A stretch of 64,000 nt of DNA. It comes from Candidatus Latescibacterota bacterium (lineage in GTDB: Bacteria > Latescibacterota > UBA2968 > UBA8231). This document shows positions 8,077-17,067 of the stretch, piece by piece. Under the pieces are notes generated by a model that searched no databases, was not told where the DNA came from, and saw only the letters and a list, made by a program, of their open reading frames with translations. The translations under genes were made by a program, and so were the position numbers. Position 1 is the first letter of the stretch, and each line of letters begins with the position of its first letter. The DNA is taken from NCBI GenBank assembly GCA_965221775.1, contig CBDCSU010000005.1, positions 736,001 through 800,000 of the forward strand. The letters are read 5' to 3'.

Positions 8077-9282
8077 TCAGCCCGTTGCAGGTGCTGCCGG
8101 CAGGCCGCCGAGGGCGCGGTCCCTGATCGGCAGGTGGACCACCGCGGCCGCAACCCCCAGCACCACAGCCCCGACCCAGACGGCGTCGTACGACCCGGTG
8201 GCGTCGTAGATGCGGCCCCCGAGCCAGACCCCGAGGAAGCCGCCGACCTGGTGGCTGAAGAAGACGATGCCGTAGAGGGAGGAGAGCCTGGCCGGGCCGA
8301 AGATCTGGGCCACCATGCCGCTGGTGAGGGGCACCGTCGCCAGCCACAGGAAGCCGATGGCGCAGGCGAAGACCAGGGCGGTGGCGGTGGTGACGGGCAC
8401 GACCAGGAAGCCGCTGATGACGACGGCCCGGGCGAGGTAGAGGAAGCTGAGGAGGTACTTCTTGCGGTAGCGGTCGCCGAGGCGGCCGAAGAGCCACGAT
8501 CCCCCCATGTTGAACAGCCCCACGAGGGCGAGGGCCGTGGCCGCGACCATCTCGGGGAGCCCGTGGTCGCCGAGGTAGGGCGGCAGGTGTGTGGCGATGA
8601 AGGCGACGTGGAAGCCGCAGACGAAGAAGCCGGCGTTGAGGAACAGGTAACCCGAATGCCGGCCGGCGCGGGACAACTGGCGGGAGAAGCTGTCCTCGAG
8701 GTCGGAGGCGTGGGTACCCTCGGTGGCCTGCGATGCTCGCGGGAACCCGAGGGCGAAGGGGGCGATGACGGCGACCACGGCGGCGCCGTAGAGCAGGGTC
8801 GCCTGCCAGGATACGGTCTGGATCAGCCACTGGACCAGCGGCACGACAGCGAAGGTGCCGAAGGAGCCGGCGGCGGTGACGATGCCGAAGGACGAGGCCC
8901 TCTTCTCCGCGGGCACGACGCGGGCCACGGCGCCGAGAAGGACGACGTACGAGGTGGCGCTGAGAGCCAGGCCGACCAGGGCCCCGAGGGAGAGGAAGGT
9001 GAGCCAGGGAGCGCTGGCGACGGCGAGGAGGGCGAAGCCGGCGGCGTACAGGAGGGCTCCCCCGGCCACCACCCGGCGCGGGCCGATGCGGTCGGCGAGG
9101 ATCCCGGCGATGGGCAGCCCGAAGAGGATGTTCTGCAGGGCCATGGCGAGGCTGAAGGTCTCGCGGCCCGTGGACAGCGCTTCCGTCACCGGCTGCAGGA
9201 ACAGGCCGAAGGACTGTCGCGCGCCCATGGAGACGGCGACGATGACCGCGCTGACCAGGATGACGAGGGTGGACTGCTTCAA
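8077..9282 (-). CDS. MFS transporter
   Basis: About 12 TM helices. Motif A variants GILADRIGPRR and GRLGDRYRKK. Confidence 0.9.
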   Translation of the reverse strand: MKQSTLVILVSAVIVAVSMGARQSFGLFLQPVTEALSTGRETFSLAMALQNILFGLPIAGILADRIGPRRVVAGGALLYAAGFALLAVASAPWLTFLSLGALVGLALSATSYVVLLGAVARVVPAEKRASSFGIVTAAGSFGTFAVVPLVQWLIQTVSWQATLLYGAAVVAVIAPFALGFPRASQATEGTHASDLEDSFSRQLSRAGRHSGYLFLNAGFFVCGFHVAFIATHLPPYLGDHGLPEMVAATALALVGLFNMGGSWLFGRLGDRYRKKYLLSFLYLARAVVISGFLVVPVTTATALVFACAIGFLWLATVPLTSGMVAQIFGPARLSSLYGIVFFSHQVGGFLGVWLGGRIYDATGSYDAVWVGAVVLGVAAAVVHLPIRDRALGGLPAAPATG

Positions 9283-9372
9283 GACGGAGGCGTGGGGGCC
9301 GGCCGGAGCTCAGGCGCGGCGGCTCCGATGGACAACGGGGAATCGGTGGCTGGCCCCGGTCAGGGGTTGGCT

Positions 9373-9974
9373 CTAGCTGCCGCCAAGCCGGGTGCCGAGC
9401 CCGAGGACGAGGGAGAAGACGTCAGCTTCGGCATCGAGCCATCGTCGATATTGCCCTTCCATTCGCAGCAGGAGGGCAGGCCCGATGCGCCATTGGTAAC
9501 CAACCCGGCGCTGTAATCGGTCTCGGACGCATCATTCCTGGAGACACGGTCATCCCAGTCATACCAACTCAGGGAGCCTTGCCCCAACAGGTAGATGCCG
9601 GGCATTGAGCTGCCTCCCGGAAAGAAGGCGGCCCGGCCTCCCAGCCAGAGTTCATTGAACGTTGCGTCGAAACTCTCTCCTACATACTCAAAGTCCGACG
9701 AAGTCCTCCGAAAAGCGAACTCCGGACCAATAGCCAATCGCTCACCTGCAAGCCAGGAAACATGCAGCGAGGGCAGAGACCGGCCAGGCCCTGCACTCTC
9801 CCCCCCCGGCAACTCAATCAAAGTCCCACCCCCCGTATCGTCTGCGCCACGGCTGACCACCCCGAACAGCATCCCCACTTCCGTTCGAAGGCTTCCCTCC
9901 TTGGCCTGGAGGGCCGTGGCCTGCGAGACCAGCATGAGAGCCAACAGACAGGCCAGCATCGGACGAAGCTGCAT
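9373..9974 (-). pseudogene. Outer-membrane beta-barrel protein, frameshifted near 9500
   Basis: Signal peptide and amphipathic strands. After DYSAGL the barrel continues in another frame (YQWRIGPALLLRMEGQYRRW...FSLVLGLGTRLGGS*). One extra G would restore ...GLGYQW. Confidence 0.65.
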
Positions 9975-10082
9975 GATTCCTTCTCCTCTCATCCCGCGCT
10001 CATCGAGCGGTGCCCGAGCCGCGCTCCTGCAGCAGTCCTCGTCACCGCCGGGCGCAGGAACACCCACCCCCGGGTGAAGTCC

Positions 10083-10946
10083 TCAGGCCGCTTCCGGCAG
10101 GTTCTCCGGCATGTTCTCGAGCCGCGTCAGCCAGTAGTGGGCGTCGAAGTTGTCGTCGCCCGTGAGGAAGCGCCACAGCTTGATCCGGTTGACGATCTCC
10201 AGGCGCCCGTCGGCGGCCTCGAACCAGGGCTCCTGCTGGTTGAGGATCGTGGCGACGCCCTGCTGGTGGCTCGACCCGCCGTAGATGATCTCGGGGCTGC
10301 CGCCCTCCTCCAGGTCGTCGGTGTTCCACAGGCGCAGCTGCCGCACCGCGGGATTGAGGCGGATCTTGAACATGTAGCGGACGCGGTCGGTCTCGTTCCG
10401 GCGGCCGCAGTGCCAGATGCCGTGGTGGACCACCGCCAGGGTGCCGGCCTTGCAGACCATGGGCAGCTGGCCGAGGAAGTTCTGGTAGCGGCCCACGTCG
10501 AGCTCGTTGACGCGGCGGAAGTGGCTCCCCGGCAGGAGCATGGTGCCGCCCATCTCCAGGGGCACGTCGTGGGGGAAGTACATGAGCTGGATGTCGAAGT
10601 GCATGCGCGTGTCGATGATCGAGTCGCCGTGCAGCCCCTGGGCGTGGCCCTCGTTGGGCTGGCGCACGTGGACGGCCTGGTGATCGAAGAGCGGGTCGGC
10701 GCCGACCAGGCTCCGGATGATGCCGTGGACCTCCGGCATCCGGAGCATGCGCCCGATGGGGGCCGGGTGGGGATAGCACTTCGAGAAGGGCGTGCCCGCG
10801 GGCTGGCTGGCGATGCCGTCGCCGTCGATCTCGGCGATGACGGCGCGGTTGATTTCCTCCGGCACGATCTCGTCGAACCGCAGGACGCCGCGGGCCACGA
10901 ACTCGGCCATCTGTCTCGAGTCGAGCAGGTGTTGCTTGTCCACCAT
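10083..10946 (-). CDS. Phytanoyl-CoA dioxygenase (PhyH) family Fe(II)/2OG dioxygenase
   Basis: LHGD (HxD), GGTMLLPGSH, HHGIWHCG, RYMFK. Confidence 0.88.
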   Translation of the reverse strand: MVDKQHLLDSRQMAEFVARGVLRFDEIVPEEINRAVIAEIDGDGIASQPAGTPFSKCYPHPAPIGRMLRMPEVHGIIRSLVGADPLFDHQAVHVRQPNEGHAQGLHGDSIIDTRMHFDIQLMYFPHDVPLEMGGTMLLPGSHFRRVNELDVGRYQNFLGQLPMVCKAGTLAVVHHGIWHCGRRNETDRVRYMFKIRLNPAVRQLRLWNTDDLEEGGSPEIIYGGSSHQQGVATILNQQEPWFEAADGRLEIVNRIKLWRFLTGDDNFDAHYWLTRLENMPENLPEAA

Positions 10947-11224
10947 CAGTCGATCTCCTCCAGCTTTTCGAAGATGAACTCGTTCTTCTGGAACGAGGTG
11001 GTGTACTCGGTGCCCGGGTAGGGCGGGTTCAGCTGCGGGAACTGGATCACCCGCCAGCCGTCGAGCAGGGCGTCGAGGCCGGTGGCGTACGGGGGCTCGG
11101 TGCTGTCGCCGGTGGTGTGGTGCTCCCGGCCGGTGCCGTCGTAGAAGGTCCAGCCCTTGACCGGGCTGTCGAGGGCGGAGTAGGACAGGTAGAGGATCAT
11201 CACTTTCTGTCGGCGCTGCGGCAT
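10946..11224 (-). CDS. Small hypothetical protein translationally coupled to PhyH
   Basis: High-GC3 codon usage, AGGAG SD, TGATG overlap with PhyH. Confidence 0.7.
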   Translation of the reverse strand: MPQRRQKVMILYLSYSALDSPVKGWTFYDGTGREHHTTGDSTEPPYATGLDALLDGWRVIQFPQLNPPYPGTEYTTSFQKNEFIFEKLEEID

Positions 11225-11326
11225 CTCCTGGATCCGTCCTTGGCAAGGGGTCCCTGGCGTCTCCTGATGATAGGGACTCCCCGGCGCCGGCGTCAGGCCT
11301 GGCCCGCGAGGCTCCCCTCTTCACGC

Positions 11327-11360
11327 AAAAAGGCCGCCGGGGCCCGAGGCCCGGCGGCCT
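11327..11360 (-). terminator. Rho-independent terminator
   Basis: 11-bp stem aggccgccggg/cccggcggcct followed by a U-run on the - strand, downstream of 11399..11722. Confidence 0.75.
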
Positions 11361-11398
11361 GTATTCCGCGGCGGCCCGCGCTCAGGCGCCCGCCGTCT

Positions 11399-11722
11399 CT
11401 AACCCTTGAGACGGTTGATCGCCCTCTGGCAGAGGATGGTGACGGCGCCGCTGAACAGGGCGAGGCTCACCTGGTCGAGGATGGCATCCAGGTAATCGCC
11501 GACGGCGGGGATGTTGCTCAGCACGCTCATGCCCGCCGCCCCTCCGACGGCGAGGGTGACAACCAGGTAGGCGGTGGCGTCCTCCGCGTCGACCGCCATG
11601 GCCCCGTACACCAGGCCCAGGATGACCAGGATGAGCGGCATGAAGTCGCCCACCGAGTCGGCAGCCAAGCCTTGCACGATGGCTGCCAGTGTGATCAGGC
11701 CTACCAGGATTCGAGTTGCCAT
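11399..11722 (-). CDS. Small hypothetical membrane protein (about 4 TM)
   Basis: Hydrophobic 107 aa, GGAGG SD, own terminator. Confidence 0.75.
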   Translation of the reverse strand: MATRILVGLITLAAIVQGLAADSVGDFMPLILVILGLVYGAMAVDAEDATAYLVVTLAVGGAAGMSVLSNIPAVGDYLDAILDQVSLALFSGAVTILCQRAINRLKG

Positions 11723-11998
11723 TTCTTCCTCCCTGAGAAATCGGCGTCACGCCCTGGGCTTCACCTCCCGTGACGATCACCGGCGGCGGAACCGCCGGAC
11801 GTGTACACCAGTGGCAAAGAATCGTCTCGAAGAATCGGTTTTGCTTGACTTGGCACCGTCGAATTGCGGACCTCGGCGCCGGACAGGCCGGCGCCGGGTG
11901 GGAGACACCAACTGTCGAGGATCCCCGGGGAACTGGGGCCGCCGATATGATGGTACCTCAGAGGCCGAATCACAAGGAAATTCGGGCGGGGGCGCTGC

Positions 11999-13654
11999 TC
12001 ACCCGGGCACCTCCTCCAGCCGGAAGCGGTAGCCCCTCACGTAGCAGTTGCGGCCGCGGTCCGGCTGCAGCCAGGCCAGGGACGGGAAGCCCACGGGCAT
12101 GCCGTTGCCGAAGTAGTCGACGACGAAGCACTCGCCGTCGGGGAAGACCACCGGTACCGGCTTGCCCCAGTCGCCGGCGTCGACACAGTGCTCCAGCTCC
12201 AGGAGGCGGTCCTCCTGCCAGGCGTCGGGGAGACCGTCCCGGTCGTGGCGCCAGCGGTAGCGGTGGTCGGGCAGCCAGCGGTTGCCGGTGATGTCGAGGC
12301 TCACCGAGCGCCACTGGCTGCGGCCGGCGTTGGAGGGTTGGACGTACCGGGGCAGCCGCACCCGCATCGGGTAGAGCTCCGGGCGCGGAAGCTCCCGGTG
12401 GTCGAACTTGCAGCCGAAGGCGTTGCACGGCGCGTGGCTCACCGGCGCCAGGTCGATGGCGGGACAGGCGAGGACCTGGCGGCCGTCCACCCATACGCGA
12501 AGCACCCCCCGCTCCAGCTCCAGGCGGTAGCGGTGCCACTGGTCGCCGGTCACCGCCACGCGGCTGTGCCCGGGGATGTGCTCCAGGTCGATGTGGTCCG
12601 GGAAGATGCGCAGCCATCCGGCGCCCCTCAGGCCGAGGCTGCAGGCCTGCCCGGCGTTGGCCAGGCAGCGGACCTCGGCCTCTAGGACCACCGTCGCGGC
12701 CGGATCGTCGGCCGGCATCAGGAAGAACTGGGCGAAGGCGCCGGGGTCGTCGTCGGTCCGCAGCAGCAGGCCCTCGTCGGCCAGCCGCACCGGCGAGGCC
12801 CCGGCCGCCGGATAGCGGCAAGACGACACCCGGTACCCCGGCAGGTCTCCAAGATCGCCGCGCCACACGACGCTGTTGGCGCGGCCGCCGACGTTGCGGT
12901 AGGCCAGCAGGTGGGTCCCGTCGCCGAGGTCGAAAGCCGCCGGCCAGTGGCCGATGAAGGGGGTCGGCCGCGGCCGGCTCCAGGTGCGGCCGCCGTCCTC
13001 GGAGTCGGCTGCGAACATGGGGAAGTTGGCGTAGTGGTTCTCGCGCATGAGGATCGCCAGGCGGCCGGCGGCGGTCTCGGCCAGGCAGACCTCGCCCAGC
13101 TGCAGGGGGCAGTCCTCCGGCACCACGGGATCTCCGAAGGGCTCCCACGTGAGCCCGCGGTCCAGGGAGCGCAGCACCCGGTTGAGGCCGGTGTAGACCA
13201 GCAGCTCGCCGCTGCGGGCCTCCAGAATGGCGCCGTCCTGGCGGAACTCCAGGCCGGGGGCCATGGTCCGCTCCGGGGACCAGGTCCGGCCGGCGTCGTC
13301 GCTGATGCGCAGCAGGGGGGTGGTGGGACGGCGCTCCGGCCAGCCCTCGGAGAAGTAGTGCATGAGCACGCGGCCATCGCCCAGGGCGGTCAGGTAGAGG
13401 CCGCCGGTGGCGACGAAGGGCAGGCCGCGGTCGAAGTCGCCCTCGGCCAGGGTCTCCGGCGGCGTCCAGGTGCGGCCGCGGTCGCCGCTGGTCACGGCCA
13501 CGACCCGCTGCCAGCGCGAGGCGCCGTGGCCGTAGGCCTGCTTGACGCCCAGCACGAGGCGGCCTCCGGGGGTCAGGCAGAGGCCGGCGAAGCCCTGCCA
13601 CATGGCCGGGTCGCGGGCCACGAAGACGGTCTGGTTGGGGGGGACGGTTCTCAT
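11999..13654 (-). CDS. Sialidase-like BNR/Asp-box beta-propeller with inserted lectin-like domain
   Basis: Asp boxes SGDRGRTW, SDDAGRTW, SLDRGLTW, SEDGGRTW. ConA-like segment WHRYRLEL...RVWVDG. Confidence 0.8.
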   Translation of the reverse strand: MRTVPPNQTVFVARDPAMWQGFAGLCLTPGGRLVLGVKQAYGHGASRWQRVVAVTSGDRGRTWTPPETLAEGDFDRGLPFVATGGLYLTALGDGRVLMHYFSEGWPERRPTTPLLRISDDAGRTWSPERTMAPGLEFRQDGAILEARSGELLVYTGLNRVLRSLDRGLTWEPFGDPVVPEDCPLQLGEVCLAETAAGRLAILMRENHYANFPMFAADSEDGGRTWSRPRPTPFIGHWPAAFDLGDGTHLLAYRNVGGRANSVVWRGDLGDLPGYRVSSCRYPAAGASPVRLADEGLLLRTDDDPGAFAQFFLMPADDPAATVVLEAEVRCLANAGQACSLGLRGAGWLRIFPDHIDLEHIPGHSRVAVTGDQWHRYRLELERGVLRVWVDGRQVLACPAIDLAPVSHAPCNAFGCKFDHRELPRPELYPMRVRLPRYVQPSNAGRSQWRSVSLDITGNRWLPDHRYRWRHDRDGLPDAWQEDRLLELEHCVDAGDWGKPVPVVFPDGECFVVDYFGNGMPVGFPSLAWLQPDRGRNCYVRGYRFRLEEVPG

Positions 13655-13879
13655 CGGGCGGCTCCCGGGGCTGGCGGTGTCACGCCAAAGGAAAGCGGAA
13701 GGAGGGCTCGCCGGGTATCCCGGGGCGGCAGGGAACCAGGCCCGGATCCCGGAGGAACCACTCTCCCGGCGGCACGTCCCTGCCGCTGGAAACGCTTCCT
13801 GTCCGCCGCGGCGCGCAGGTGGACGCGGTCCGGCGCGGATACGAAGCTCTATCCGAGCCCAGGCCGAGGAGAACCGCCG

Positions 13880-15451
13880 ATGACCGACTCCAGCCGTTAC
13901 ACCGCCGACCAGCCGGCCGACAACCGGGTCCTGCACGCGGCCCGGGAGCTGCGCTACCGCATGCTCGCCGACCCGCACCGGCCCGGGTACCACTTCACCA
14001 TCCCCGAGGACAACGGCCACCCGGGGGACCCGAACGGCGCCTTCTGGGCCAACGGCCGCTACCACCTGATGTACCTCTACAACCACGCCGATCTCGGCTT
14101 CGTCTGGGGCCACGTCTCCAGCGCCGACCTGCTGCACTGGCGCCACCACCCGTACGCCATCGGTCCCGGCGAGGGCGACGTGGGCTGCTTCAGCGGCGGC
14201 GCCTTCGTCGACGGCGACGGCCGCGCCGTGCTCTCCTACTGGGGGCTCTGGGAAGAGCGCGGCATCTGCCTCGCCTTCTCCGAAGACGAGCACTACGACA
14301 TCTGGACCAAGAGCGCCGCCAACCCGGTGATCCGCTCCACCGGCCGCGGCTTCACCGAGACCGTGGACGACCGCGGCCAGCCGCTGGTGTACGGCTCCTC
14401 CGACCCCTCGCAGATCTGGAGGAAGGGCGGCCGCTACTACCTGCTCACCGGCAACCTGCAGGTCCTCGACAAGCTCGGCCGCGCCGACGACTCCCCGCCG
14501 GAGCAGCAGGGGGACCGTCTCTACCTGTTCGTCTCCGACGACCTGGAGCGCTGGGACTACCTGCACCCCTTTTACGAGTCCCACCGGGATTGGACGGACC
14601 GCAGCGAGGACAACATGTGCCCCAGCTTCCTGCCCCTGCCGTCGTGCGAGAGCGGCGGCGAGCCGAGCGGCCGGCACCTGCTGCTGTTCATCTCCCACAA
14701 CAAGGGATGCCAGTACTACATCGGCACCTACGACACCGCCGGCGACCGCTTCCGGCCGGAGCGCCACGGCCGCATGAGCTGGTGCGACAACGCCTACTTC
14801 GCCCCGGAAGCCCTCATCGACGGGCAGGGCCGGCAGATCATGTGGGCCTGGATCTTCGACGACCGTCCCGAGGAGGTGTGGCGGCCCAGCGGCTGGAACG
14901 GCATGTACGGGCTGCCGCGCTCCCTGTGGCTCGGCGACGACGGCGGCCTGCGCATGGCCCCGGTGGAGGAGCTGGCCCTGCTGCGCCAGGGACACCGCTC
15001 CAGGGGCGCTTTCACCGTCCCCGCCGGCGGAGAGGTCGAGCTGGAGGACTTCGGCCGCGAGCTGATGGAGCTGGAGATCACCATCGATCCGGGATCGGCC
15101 CGGCGCTGCGGCGTCCGCGTCTGCTGCTCGGAGGACGGCCGCGAGCAGACCACCCTGCTCTACGACGCGGAAGCCGGGGAGCTTCAGTGCGACACCACCC
15201 GCAGCAGTCTCGGCTTCGGCCGCAAGGTGGTGGAGGCCGGCCCCCTGGAGCTGGCGCCGGGAGAGCCCCTGCGCCTGCGGGTCTTCGTGGACCGCTCCAT
15301 CGTCGAGGTCTACGCCAACGAGCGCCAGGCCCTGGCCCGCGCCGTGTACCCCACTCTCGGGGGCCGCAGCGTGCGCGTCATCGCCGAGGAAGGCGAGGCC
15401 CGCGCGACCAGCGTCAACGCCTGGGAGTTGATGCCCTCCAACCCCTGTTAG
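13880..15451 (+). CDS. Glycoside hydrolase family 32 (divergent)
   Basis: RPGYHF, GDPNG, YHLMY, WGHVSSADLLHW, CFSG, and C-terminal LRVFVDRSIVEVY. AGGAG SD. Confidence 0.88.
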   Translation: MTDSSRYTADQPADNRVLHAARELRYRMLADPHRPGYHFTIPEDNGHPGDPNGAFWANGRYHLMYLYNHADLGFVWGHVSSADLLHWRHHPYAIGPGEGDVGCFSGGAFVDGDGRAVLSYWGLWEERGICLAFSEDEHYDIWTKSAANPVIRSTGRGFTETVDDRGQPLVYGSSDPSQIWRKGGRYYLLTGNLQVLDKLGRADDSPPEQQGDRLYLFVSDDLERWDYLHPFYESHRDWTDRSEDNMCPSFLPLPSCESGGEPSGRHLLLFISHNKGCQYYIGTYDTAGDRFRPERHGRMSWCDNAYFAPEALIDGQGRQIMWAWIFDDRPEEVWRPSGWNGMYGLPRSLWLGDDGGLRMAPVEELALLRQGHRSRGAFTVPAGGEVELEDFGRELMELEITIDPGSARRCGVRVCCSEDGREQTTLLYDAEAGELQCDTTRSSLGFGRKVVEAGPLELAPGEPLRLRVFVDRSIVEVYANERQALARAVYPTLGGRSVRVIAEEGEARATSVNAWELMPSNPC

Positions 15452-15494
15452 CAACACTCATCCCTCAACCCCTCTGCAAGGAGAGCCATTCGCC

Positions 15495-15977
15495 ATGAGC
15501 TTTCGCAAAGCGGCCGCATGCGCGGCCGCCATCTGCCTGTCCACCGTCGCCGTGCTCGAATCGCAGCCGCCGGGTGGTCCCGGATTCCCGGGCGGCGGCA
15601 TGATGCAGACGCTCTCGAAGGCGGCGGCCGCATCCCCGGACCAGGTCTTCGCCATGTTGGCCTTCGACGAGAAGTTCAACGTGACCGACGAACAACTGCC
15701 GGGGCTGCGCGAGGCCCTGCGGCCGCTGTATGGCGAGCAGCGCCAGTCGATGGCGCAACTCGCCCTCGGCGGCGGCGCCGGCAACCCTCAGGCCATGATC
15801 CAGGCCCTGGTGCAGCAGCAGAACAAGATGCGCGACAAGGTCCTGGCCGCGGTCGCCGAAACCTTGACCGCCGACCAGATGACCGCCCTGAAGGCGGCGC
15901 TGAATAAGCCGCCGCTCCCGCCCGGGATGGGCCAAGGGGGTGCAGGGCCGCGCGGGGAGCCCCCGCGGGGCTACTAG
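15495..15977 (+). CDS. Hypothetical exported helical protein (Spy/CpxP-like)
   Basis: Signal peptide. NVTDEQ and LTADQ repeats resemble LTxxQ. Confidence 0.6.
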   Translation: MSFRKAAACAAAICLSTVAVLESQPPGGPGFPGGGMMQTLSKAAAASPDQVFAMLAFDEKFNVTDEQLPGLREALRPLYGEQRQSMAQLALGGGAGNPQAMIQALVQQQNKMRDKVLAAVAETLTADQMTALKAALNKPPLPPGMGQGGAGPRGEPPRGY

Positions 15978-16182
15978 ATTTGGCGCCCAGCTGCTCCAGG
16001 ATGGGCCCGCGCAAGGGACCGGCGTCAGGGAGATGGCCTGCGCCGGAGGGCCGCGGTCGGCGGCCGGTCCCCTGCCGGGCCCGTTCGCTGGACCGCCCCC
16101 ACCTTCGGGGGGCGTGCGCGTGACTGCAGGGGAGGCGAGGCCCGGCTCCCCAACCCGTGGCGGGGCCCGGCGGTCTGCGGAC

Positions 16183-17067
16183 CTACCGCCAGTGCGGCGG
16201 CACGATGGGAGCGTCGAACCCGAGCTTCTCGGCCACCCAGCTCTCCTCGTACAGGCCGTCCTTGTAGCCGGAGCGCTCAGAGGCGTGGACCGTGGTCTCG
16301 CCGCGGATGGCCCCGGTGAGCGGACGGATCGCTTCCGGCGCCAGGATCGAGCCTTCCGGACCCGCCATGATGAGTGTGGTCGCCCCTACCTTGGGGGCGA
16401 AGGCCCGCAGGTCGAAGTGGGACAGCGTCGCCGCCACTGAACTCCGCGCTGACGGATTGCTCCTCAGAAGGTCGTTGTACTCTTCCAGAGGGTAGGCCCG
16501 GCTGCGTTGGGCGAGACCGAGGGGATCGTAGAACAGCTCGGGGGTGCACACCAGGTGAGTGGCCAGCGGCCGCAGCGCCAGGCTCTGCATGGCCACATCG
16601 TTGCCGATGGCCACAACCCGCGTCCTGTCGATGCACTCGAGGGAGTTCAGGAACTCCAGGCCGCGCACCGCGTCGGCGGCGATCCCCCGGAAGATGTAGC
16701 TGCCCGGCGATTCGATCCCCTCGGTGAGCAGGCCGGGGAACATCGCCGCGAAGGGCTTGTCCGAGTTGCGCTGGCCCCTGCCGGCCAGGGAGAAGGTCAC
16801 GAACCGGCTGCGGATGGCAGCCGCCGATCCCTGGGGGATCATCTGATGCACGCTCATGTACTTCGGCGGCCAGTAGAGCGCCGGAAACGGCCCGTCTCCC
16901 TTCGGGACGTTCAGGTATCCGAACAACCGGTACGGCCCGATGCTGGTGAGGCGGATGCCGCTCATGGTGGCGAATTCCGTCTCCCGCAGCGGGATCGCCT
17001 CGACCTCGGGCTCCGCCGGCACGGAGTCCAGCTCCGCGAGAACGTCGTCCCAGTATGCGTCAGGCAT
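16183..17067 (-). CDS. Acetylxylan esterase (CE7/AXE1)-like protein lacking the nucleophile motif
   Basis: Paralog of the upstream gene (YWDDVLAEL, YIFRGIAADAVRGLEFL, YPLEEYND). GxSxGG is replaced by IGNDVA. Confidence 0.75.
   Translation of the reverse strand: MPDAYWDDVLAELDSVPAEPEVEAIPLRETEFATMSGIRLTSIGPYRLFGYLNVPKGDGPFPALYWPPKYMSVHQMIPQGSAAAIRSRFVTFSLAGRGQRNSDKPFAAMFPGLLTEGIESPGSYIFRGIAADAVRGLEFLNSLECIDRTRVVAIGNDVAMQSLALRPLATHLVCTPELFYDPLGLAQRSRAYPLEEYNDLLRSNPSARSSVAATLSHFDLRAFAPKVGATTLIMAGPEGSILAPEAIRPLTGAIRGETTVHASERSGYKDGLYEESWVAEKLGFDAPIVPPHWR

Noticed and set aside
8134-9516. Many long antisense or alternate-frame ORFs (e.g. 8134..9516, 18503..20677, 42910..45315, 33008..34954)
   Set aside because: These are shadow ORFs of high-GC genes, with low-complexity R/G/P/A translations and no family motifs.
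11831-11844. LacI-like AATCGGTT operator, also aaaccgattc at 35541-35550
   Set aside because: Only 10 nt and an imperfect dyad, with no LacI regulator in the window.
11851-11867. TGGCAC...TTGC sigma54-like site
   Set aside because: The GG-to-GC spacing is 12 nt rather than the required 10.
11999-15457. Apparent 1152-aa ORF and other over-long ORFs (43018..46116, 53525..56251, 59620..61941, 33518..35584) that suggest fusions
   Set aside because: The upstream parts overlap real genes in other frames or strands. The real starts are internal and supported by SDs or stop/start overlaps.
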